Source: an uncultured Bacteroidales bacterium (GTDB taxonomy: Bacteria; Bacteroidota; Bacteroidia; Bacteroidales; UBA4417). Taken from it: 64,000 bases of DNA. Below the pieces are notes generated by a model. It was not told where the DNA came from. It worked only from the letters and a program-made list of their open reading frames with translations, and did not search any database. Position numbers and translations under genes: made by a program. Positions within the stretch are counted from its first letter, which is position 1; the number at the start of each line of letters is the position of its first letter. This document shows, in pieces, positions 35,501 through 42,100 of the stretch. The DNA lies in the NCBI GenBank assembly GCA_903946925.1, contig CAJAXK010000053.1:5558-69557 (forward strand), given 5' to 3'.

Positions 35501-38380
35501 ATGCCGTTTGTTGTTTTCGCGAAAAGCGGTGCAACAAATAATTTTGAAGCGGAAGGATTATGCTTTGTGCAGGTTAACGAACAGTATATCAGTATTAAAG
35601 GAATAAATCCATCTATTGCCAATGCTCTAAGATCATTCATTGATATTGCTGGGCAATATTTAGGCGTTCCGAACAAACTTACACCTTTAATGGCTGGCAC
35701 TTTTGAAAAACGCATTCACTTGGCACAGAATGTAACTGTATGTGAGCCTACCATTGTTGGCGATGTGATGGGCGCGTTTAAATTGGTTTCTGCCAATTTC
35801 CCTGAAAGCAACGCCATATTCGATTCGGGAAAGTATTATACCTATTCCCAATTTAACCAAGAGGTTGGGCAGCTTGCACTTATGTTGCAGAAATCGGGTG
35901 TTGGCCACAATTCGGTGGTTGCTATAAGTATGTACAGGAGCTATAATTATTTTCTTTCGGTGATGGCCGTTTTGCATTGTGGTGCAGCTTTTTTGCCCCT
36001 CGATCCAACTTTGCCACTCGAAAGGAAAAGGTTTATGATTATTGATTCCGATGCCAAACTATTGGTTTATAATGGGAATACCGATTTTTCTGATTCTGGG
36101 ATTTTGAATTTGGATTTGGCTTCCCTCGTGTTAACCGAAGCTGCTGAATCCGTACCAACCCTCTGTGATGAAACCACCCTGGCATACATAATGTACACAA
36201 GCGGCTCCACCGGATTGCCGAAAGGCGTAAAAATTAGCAGAAAATCCCTTGCCTCTTTTATAGGTGGTGCGCTGGGTTTGTATAAAATTACTGAAACCGA
36301 CAGCATTTTACAATTTGCCAACCTGGCTTTCGATGCTTCTATCGAAGAAATGTTTTGTGCGTTTTGCTCAGGTGCCGCACTTTACCTCCGAAACGATGAA
36401 ATGTTGGATCCGGAAAAACTATTGTCGTTTACAACAAAACACGGAATTACAGTCTGGGATTTGCCCACAGCCTTTTGGCGGCAATTGCTTGCATCTGATG
36501 TATATAGGCAGCAAAACCAACTCACAAAGCTAAAACTTGTGATTATTGGAGGCGAGGCTGTCACCCTATCCGATTACACTTTATGGAAAAGCTTTGGCAA
36601 TGCACAGCACGCCTTGTTCAACACGTATGGCCCAACCGAGACCACTGTTGTTGCCCTTGCATACAAAATAAACCAGCTTCCCGCCCAAGCGGATGATATA
36701 CCTATCGGAAGGGTATTCCCCGGAAATACGGTCGCTATTATTGATCAATTTGGTTTTCAGTTGCCTGAGGGCGTTATTGGGGAATTAATTATTTCCGGCA
36801 AAAATGTTGCGGATGGTTATGTTATTGCACAGGAAAATCAAAAATTGCTTTTTGGGGTTGACGAAACTACAAAACTCCCGTCTTACAAAACAGGCGATCT
36901 AGTTGCCTGCGATCAATCAGGCTACATTCATTATATGGGAAGGAGCGATGAACAGCTTAAAGTCAGGGGTTTTAGGGTCGAACCCAAAGAAATAGAGATT
37001 TCGATTCGCAACATTGCAGGTGTTGAGGATGCAGTTGTAATTGGGGTTGCTGATCCTTCAGGGAATATAATATTGGCAGCTTTCTATACAGGTAAAAGCA
37101 TCAAAAATAATCCTGATTTTATAAAGAAACACCTTCAGGAAATATTGCCAGCCTTCATGGTACCGGCTATCATAATCCATATTGATAAAATCCCACTTAC
37201 CCGAAACGGGAAATCGGATCTTGCAAAATTGAACCAGCTTGGTATCCAGCATCATTCGGATTGGAAGCCTTCGTTTATGCCTGCAGTCGGAAAAACCGAA
37301 ATTGGTTTGCAAGCGATTTGGGCCAAAATATTCAAAAGGGAAAACATTGGTGTTGAAGATAATTTTTTTGACATAGGCGGACATTCGCTTACTGCGGTGC
37401 AACTTATGGCAGGCATAAAACGTGAATTTGGTTCCGAACTTCCCCTTTCGGCTTTGATTGCTAAGCCTACCATCCGCTCTATTGCCGCCCTTATCGAAAG
37501 TAAAAACACCGATTACCTTTGGGATGTTATTGTGCCCATAAGGCGTGAAGGAAGTTTGCCCCCACTTTTTTTAATCCATGGGGCTGGCTTGAATATTTTG
37601 CTTTACCAATCATTGATAAAACATTTGAAATCCGATAGGCCGATTTATGCACTCCAGGCCAAGGGTTTGGATGGAAAAAAAACAATAAGCACAAGTATTG
37701 GCGAAATGGCCGAGCATTATATTATCGAAATAAAGAAGGTTCAGCCAAGTGGCCCATATTATTTTCTGGGTTTTTCGTTAGGTGGGTTTATAGGTTACGA
37801 AATGGCCCGAAAACTAATCAAACAAAACGAAAAAGTTAATTTTATTGGGGTTATTGATTCGGTTGCTTCGCTTGCCAAAGAGGAAATTCCTATATTGAAA
37901 AAAATGGTTTCAAGGCTTTTCAGGGCCGTGGCGGTTCCCATCTACACAGTGTGGCTATTTATGAGGGAGCCTTGGAACGGGAAAAGGGTTTTTTTAACGA
38001 CCAAATCAAAGAATTTATCACTTACATTCCGATATTATTCCAAAAAAGCCGGTGTTTTGGAGGAAAAGGAAAAGACTTCGGATACACCGGAAAACGCCCT
38101 TCCTGTTTATCTCAACGAGAATTTGAAGATCAAGCTCGTAGATGCATTGAGGCAATATACTATCAAGCCTTCGGAAGTGCAGTTAGACTTGTTTAAAGCC
38201 GGGAAAGCAACTTTTTATATTGCTGATCGCAAGTCGTACGGCTGGTCGAAATATGCAAGCAAAGGCGTTGTAGCACACACGATACCTGGCGAACATTCGA
38301 GCATGTTTGCGCCTCCAAACGATAGTTTCTTTGCTCAAATCCTCGAAAAACGGCTTTCTGTTGCCGACCAATCAGAATGA
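30977..38380 (+). CDS. Non-ribosomal peptide synthetase, two modules: A-T-C-[formyltransferase-like]-[unassigned]-A-T-TE
   Basis: Core motifs read in order: FTSGSTGEPKG, NVYGPTETT, YRTGD, GRKDFQVKLRGQRIELGE, NGKIDR; FFQAGGHSL; HHIIFDGWS; INYHDSPLPKYAG..IDAGHLL; YTSGSTGLPKG, NTYGPTETT, YKTGD, GRSDEQLKVRGFRVEP, NGKSD; FFDIGGHSL; LFLIHGAG..GFSLGG. Confidence 0.95.
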   Translation: MDLSLIDILDEATSKHADKLAVKTEVDSYSYLEFQNSTVNFSRQLLISGCADAGLIGVYFERSFEMVLGIFGILRTGCAYVPADPNNPQKRTSTLYKNLNIKYVVTSQQFKPIIEEMGFVAIVPEIDLKTPRPGICNPVPPNSTAYILFTSGSTGEPKGVEVPHNSVVNLVIYIQDRYPLLEGEKVLLKSPYTFDGSVWELFGWILMGGTLYICNPGDEKNPQNLAKLIAKEQINFLFFVPSMLSVFIDYIDLQRDKTNLSSLKWVSVGGEVLTPTLVKHFYKALRNHQVRLINVYGPTETTVYATTYLCDPNKDYIKLPIGKVVNGDYIYILDADLKQLAPGQEGEICIGGAGVAKGYFNSGLYTKEKFIDDPITGVGKIYRTGDIGMQLPNGMYDFIGRKDFQVKLRGQRIELGEVENALQQIDGVLECVAVYAKDRNNDGSLIAFIRPQTESFTQISVFQLADTVYADSLRTKLMEFIPSYMIPSEIILCERFPLNQNGKIDRSALPPISTLLDSGLENGFQPQNEDGQTIYSIWKRILARDVIASDEDFFQAGGHSLKAIQVITEIIKTFDLEIPLSIFYNKLTLPSLCAYIAENANSAHAMLDYKFKTSPKKNNYSLTPVQSEIWVMNSFDPTGITHNIQIEFTVEGNVGIDQFLDAIKQTIRSEDSFRSVFPFNGEEPVQIVLGSVDFQIPFSDLSSLSILQKDETYAEIVHLNGHVLFDFNKLPLFSLHLVKWETHSFRLLMAIHHIIFDGWSLSLFMQRVMQRYNGNEPPKSLYSNGDYSHWLKEYTLESGYGKEFGYWEKALQHIPARLSLPTKPGADFSKAGMYGKRHWWWLPEKLASQIDAFATSQNTTPFVVLISAYHIVLAKHANQREIIVGTPFANRQHPMTGELIGYFTNMVSISSIIGENDTFADLIARCNEASIGSFSNALLPFGELVKRLGLKFQPGVYPIYQAMFVLQNWPHQPSENEGFRFTQKEIGNETCKMDLLLNIEKCDNRYGCWIEFDTQLFTDQLIAALSNDFNHILERIVSRPDSNVLLEIGTMGLPYKDAMAETCMVIGEGSLAIYCAEQLFQQGFSIQKIISIDEKLIPFAQKHNIKVETELSNSIDIEQVDYIFSINNSLILTPEILGKVTKLAINYHDSPLPKYAGMYATNQAILNGETCHGVSWHSITAQIDAGHLLASAKVDVFETDTAYSLNMRCYEAAINSFGLLLNDIKKGNPNPQPQDLGQRSYFQLWHRPAGFGIIDWQKPVGEIGRLLRACDFGPHTENAFLLPYIYVNNKFYNLLKATCLARKNTKPGIVSVINNTIGVGCKDGILLVEKLSDQSGNEISPSEILFEGQFLTQLQPEIIGQIYAHYKKWAKYEPFWVKQFLQSEYFKIPFLESGYKLINEWYNIEDIDYQRISAQKLGRAETLEALVAYYFLRLARKNRGTFAYSDTCESGEMPFGHWKPLNIEIDGDETLGETISKICSLIAEIKLNGNYCSNILDRFPLLSDLKGKMPFVVFAKSGATNNFEAEGLCFVQVNEQYISIKGINPSIANALRSFIDIAGQYLGVPNKLTPLMAGTFEKRIHLAQNVTVCEPTIVGDVMGAFKLVSANFPESNAIFDSGKYYTYSQFNQEVGQLALMLQKSGVGHNSVVAISMYRSYNYFLSVMAVLHCGAAFLPLDPTLPLERKRFMIIDSDAKLLVYNGNTDFSDSGILNLDLASLVLTEAAESVPTLCDETTLAYIMYTSGSTGLPKGVKISRKSLASFIGGALGLYKITETDSILQFANLAFDASIEEMFCAFCSGAALYLRNDEMLDPEKLLSFTTKHGITVWDLPTAFWRQLLASDVYRQQNQLTKLKLVIIGGEAVTLSDYTLWKSFGNAQHALFNTYGPTETTVVALAYKINQLPAQADDIPIGRVFPGNTVAIIDQFGFQLPEGVIGELIISGKNVADGYVIAQENQKLLFGVDETTKLPSYKTGDLVACDQSGYIHYMGRSDEQLKVRGFRVEPKEIEISIRNIAGVEDAVVIGVADPSGNIILAAFYTGKSIKNNPDFIKKHLQEILPAFMVPAIIIHIDKIPLTRNGKSDLAKLNQLGIQHHSDWKPSFMPAVGKTEIGLQAIWAKIFKRENIGVEDNFFDIGGHSLTAVQLMAGIKREFGSELPLSALIAKPTIRSIAALIESKNTDYLWDVIVPIRREGSLPPLFLIHGAGLNILLYQSLIKHLKSDRPIYALQAKGLDGKKTISTSIGEMAEHYIIEIKKVQPSGPYYFLGFSLGGFIGYEMARKLIKQNEKVNFIGVIDSVASLAKEEIPILKKMVSRLFRAVAVPIYTVWLFMREPWNGKRVFLTTKSKNLSLTFRYYSKKAGVLEEKEKTSDTPENALPVYLNENLKIKLVDALRQYTIKPSEVQLDLFKAGKATFYIADRKSYGWSKYASKGVVAHTIPGEHSSMFAPPNDSFFAQILEKRLSVADQSE
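32560..32770 (+). other. NRPS thiolation (PCP) domain T1
   Basis: DFFQAGGHSLKAIQV, with the Ser codon near 32653. Confidence 0.85.
32830..34110 (+). other. NRPS condensation domain
   Basis: LTPVQSEIW start; active-site HHIIFDGWS at about 33229-33255. Confidence 0.85.
34150..34980 (+). other. Methionyl-tRNA-formyltransferase-like domain (N- and C-subdomains) embedded in the NRPS
   Basis: CMVIGEGSLAIYCAEQL (Rossmann-like start), INYHDSPLPKYAG (compare FMT NxHxSLLPxxRG), HGVSWHSITAQIDAGHLL (compare HxxxxxxDxGxI), then an FMT-C-like stretch IDWQKPVGEIGRLLRACDF. Confidence 0.7.
34990..35750 (+). other. Unassigned region of about 250 aa between the formyltransferase-like domain and A2
   Basis: No A, C, E, T, MT, KR or TE core motif could be recognised in YAHYKKWAKYEPFW...LMAGTFEKRI. 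Confidence 0.4.
35760..37250 (+). other. NRPS adenylation domain A2
   Basis: A3 YTSGSTGLPKG (about 36193), A4 FDASIEE, A5 NTYGPTETT, A7 YKTGD, A8 GRSDEQLKVRGFRVEP, A10 NGKSD (about 37204). Confidence 0.9.
37290..37500 (+). other. NRPS thiolation domain T2
   Basis: NFFDIGGHSLTAVQL (about 37363-37400). Confidence 0.85.
37540..38380 (+). other. NRPS thioesterase (TE) domain
   Basis: LFLIHGAGLN, the GFSLGG nucleophile elbow, and C-terminal IPGEHSSMF (His). Confidence 0.8.
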
Positions 38381-38381
38381 A

Positions 38382-39059
38382 ATGGTAGAAGTTCGAACTT
38401 GGGTTAAAATCCCGGATCTTAGCGAAATGCCAAAAGTCCTGCCTTGTTTGGTTTATTGCAAACCTCAAGGGGATATTGGGCAAGCAAAAAGTTGGATTTT
38501 ATCGTTGCCGGAATTGGCCAAGGCCGACAGCTTATTGCCTCAATCGAGAAGGATTTATTGTGCGGCGCATGTTGTTTTGCGGTTAGTTTTAGCTCATTTT
38601 ACTGGGATTGCGCCCGAAATATTAGCAATCGCCAATTTGGTTGAAAGCAAGCCGTTTTTACCAAACCATACTCTTAAATTCAATTTAAGCCATACCGAAA
38701 ATGCTTTCTTAATTGCAGTTTCCAATCAAGAAATTGGCGTTGATATTGAGGAAATACACAATGATTTGGATTTTGAAGGCATAATGGATTTTGCTTTTAG
38801 CGAAAGCGATAAAATGTTGTGTGATAAGCACGATTTGCCAAACGCGTTCACCCAAATGTGGACGTTGAAAGAGGCTTACACGAAAGCGATTGGGACTGGT
38901 TTATCCGAAAACCTTTCTGAAATCAATATTTCAGGGCCAAAAAGTGTATTGAATCAGGATGGTTATTGTTCCAGCACTTTTATTTGCCCCGGAAACGAAA
39001 TTGGAAGTGTGGTTTGTGGCCAGGATTTAACGGGGTTGCTGTTTTTTGAATTGCTTTGA
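38382..39059 (+). CDS. Sfp-type 4'-phosphopantetheinyl transferase
   Basis: The ATG at 38382 lies 1 nt after the NRPS TGA (38378-38380); the track ORF from 38307 overlaps the NRPS. Motifs FNLSHTEN, GVDIEE, WTLKEAYTKAIGTG. Confidence 0.85.
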   Translation: MVEVRTWVKIPDLSEMPKVLPCLVYCKPQGDIGQAKSWILSLPELAKADSLLPQSRRIYCAAHVVLRLVLAHFTGIAPEILAIANLVESKPFLPNHTLKFNLSHTENAFLIAVSNQEIGVDIEEIHNDLDFEGIMDFAFSESDKMLCDKHDLPNAFTQMWTLKEAYTKAIGTGLSENLSEINISGPKSVLNQDGYCSSTFICPGNEIGSVVCGQDLTGLLFFELL

Positions 39060-39089
39060 TAGGGTTGTTTTTAAAAATTGGCAAAATAG

Positions 39090-39126
39090 CAAACGGTTTC
39101 AACTGCTTTGGTTGAAACCGTTTTAA
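39090..39126. terminator. Bidirectional terminator between the convergent PPTase gene and the T9SS protease gene
   Basis: AAACGGTTTCAAC (39091-39103) / GTTGAAACCGTTT (39111-39123), perfect 13-bp stem, flanked by A- and T-rich tracts. Confidence 0.65.
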
Positions 39127-39180
39127 GACGTGGTTTTAAAGGGGGATTGAGGATTGGCTGTTTCTTAATATGTATTGAAA

Positions 39181-42100
39181 TCAATGTTTTATAATTTTGT
39201 ACAACAACATTGAGTTTCCCAATTTAACATTGAGCAAGTAAATTCCAGAAGGGTAGAGGCCCATATTTATCGAAGTAATTTCACCTTTCCCTAACACATC
39301 CTCTAATTCGTAAATGGCTTTCCCTTTTGAATTATAGAGTGAGTATTTATTGATTATTTGCCCTTTGGATTTCAAATTGAGGGTTTCGCTTACTGGGTTT
39401 GGCCACACTTCAATCAATTCATTGGAGGGTAATTCATCCAAACCGATAAATGGTGAAGTGTTGATGGTTAGGGCTTCGGAGAAAACCCCTGAACCACAGG
39501 CATTGATACCAGCAACTGATAATTCGCATATACCGTTAAATTGGGTATCCCAAATTATTGAGCAGGTGTTTCCCTGATGCGAAACGGAACCGGCTACTGC
39601 TGGGCTTAAAACCCAACTATATTCGGTGGCATTGGCTGATAGAGTGGTTGTGTAAATGGTTTCTGGGTTTATCAGCGGATTTACCATGGTCGAACCTATT
39701 GGTTGTGAAGGTGTTGCTGCAATAGAGTCAACGCTTACAGTTGTTGAAGCTTGCAGGGAATTTGATCCATCGTTTACAAGCACTGTATAAATTGTTGTCG
39801 TTGCCGGGTTAACCAATGGGTTTAAAATTGTTGACGAAAACCCAACAGGAACCGATGACCACGAATAGGTATAGTTGCCAGTTCCTCCTCCTGCAAATGC
39901 CGAAAGCTGGGAAAAACCACCAACACAAATTCTTTCAGGTTCCGAACTAACACTTACACTTAGTGGGCTGCCGGAAACATTCACAAAAATATTGTCAGAA
40001 GCTGTGCAAAGAGTTGCCGGATCGGTAATATTCAGTGTAAATTCCACAGAACTGTCCAATACTATGGTTGATGGGTTTAAAATATTTGATGAAGTAAGTT
40101 TATCAGCTGGTGTCCAACTGATTGTGAAGTTTCCTGTTCCCCCGGTGGCTTGTCCATTTAATATGGTTGAAGTACCGAAAGGAATGGATTGGTCAGTTCC
40201 TGCATTTGAGTAAACTGATGGATGAATAGTGAGTTGCAACGTGTCGGTTGCATCACCACATAAACCTGTGCCAAAACCAGTGAGTGCTAAAAATACTTGC
40301 CCATTTGTGATATCTGTTGCGCCAGGAGTATATGTGGGCGACAGTATTGAATTGCTGTTAAATACACCATCGCCTGCTGTGCTCCATAGTAAACCCTGGC
40401 TCGATGCACTGGCCCCTGTCACAGTAAACGAACTACCCGAACAAATAGAAGCATCTAATCCCGCCATTGCTGCAGGAGCTTGATAAACGGTTAAAAACAT
40501 TTGATCTGTTACCGATTGTGCAGTTGGGCTTCCAACATGTATTGTTAGTTCGACAGAACCCGTGTTTTGGTCGTTAATTCCTGGAGTATAGGTAGGGTTT
40601 GGGATATTTGTGTTGCTAAAGTACCCATCACCCACCGATGTCCAGAAAAGGTTGCCTGCATTTATTACTGAGGCCTGCAACTGGTATGCCGTTGGCACAC
40701 AAACATAATCATCAGCCCCAGCATTTGCCACCAATAATAAATCGCTGTAAGGTGGCCAAACAATATAATCCACCCAAGCTTTGTCGCTTCCGGCAACAAC
40801 ATTTACATCTTTGCTGTACCGCCAGGTAAATGTATGTGTGCCTTCCGTTACAGTATATGTAACCTTCGACCAGGCCACTTCGCCCGACCATTTTCCTTGT
40901 TCAACGCCATCAATTAAAAAAGTGAGGTAATCGTAATTGTTTTCGGAGGATACTTTTCGATAAAAACTGATTTCGGATGCAGAAAGCACATTCAATGTGA
41001 TATACATCGAGCTTAACTGGTTATCGAGGATTGTTCCCGATGCTGAGCAGTAATTTCCTTGTGAAGGCAAGGTATTTGTTGTTTCCCAATTGGCATTTCC
41101 TCCAAGTTGCCATGCAAAGCGTGTAAAATTGTTGGTTTCGAAGTCTTCGGCAATTTGCCCGACCATAAAATATACGCTGTCAGAAAGTGTGTAATTGTGA
41201 TCTGCCGATAGTAATAATCCAGCTAAACCAACATGCCCGAGAGGACAGGAAGCCGAAACAGAAATTTGAAAATCAATACTTTGAGTGCCGTTCTTGTTGA
41301 TGATAGGGATTGAAGCATTTCCCTGTATGATGCTGATCATGGGGTCGATAGCACTTAATATTGTATTGATATTTGTTGCAGCCGAACCTCCACCATTTTT
41401 TATGGTTATGTGTAAAACCCCGTTTTCGCCAGGCATTAATATATTGTTGTTACCATCCAGAATGTTGATGGCAGAAACCGAAAGTTCTGGTGAATTGGCT
41501 GTAAGTGGTATGATACGTGTAAATATATCTTCGGTAGCAACTGCCTGATTGGTAGTAATAATAGTGTGGTTGTTCGGAACCTGATCCGAAACGTGAAATG
41601 ATATGGCATTTGTAACGGTTATGGTTTGTCCGGGGTTCAGCAACCCAAAAAGCTGTGTGCTGTCAATAAGTGAAATATAGGGATCGGTAACAAGAAAGCT
41701 TAAATTTACGTTATTTAGTGGCGTACTGCCAATGTTTGTAAGCTTAGCCGTAAGCATGGCGGTTTCGCCATATTCGATTATGCTGTCGCTGCCCGAAGTA
41801 ACGGTGTATTCGATGGTTATGCCTTTGGTCGAAAAATTCAGCGTTTTGGTGGTATATAGATTATTGTTGTCCTCGGCATAAAACTTTATCGGCACATTGC
41901 TGCAAGTAGTTGTGGGCGTGCCCGAAAACACCCCATCGTCGCTTAAACCCATTTCATACGGGAATGTTGGAGTTGTAAACCGGAACATTGAATTGGCAGT
42001 TGGCTGAGCGATCGAATCGGAAATTGAGCCAAACCTGTAATTTACCCCGTCACCATTCGAAATACCCATATTCCATGTAACCCAATCGTTTGAAACTATA

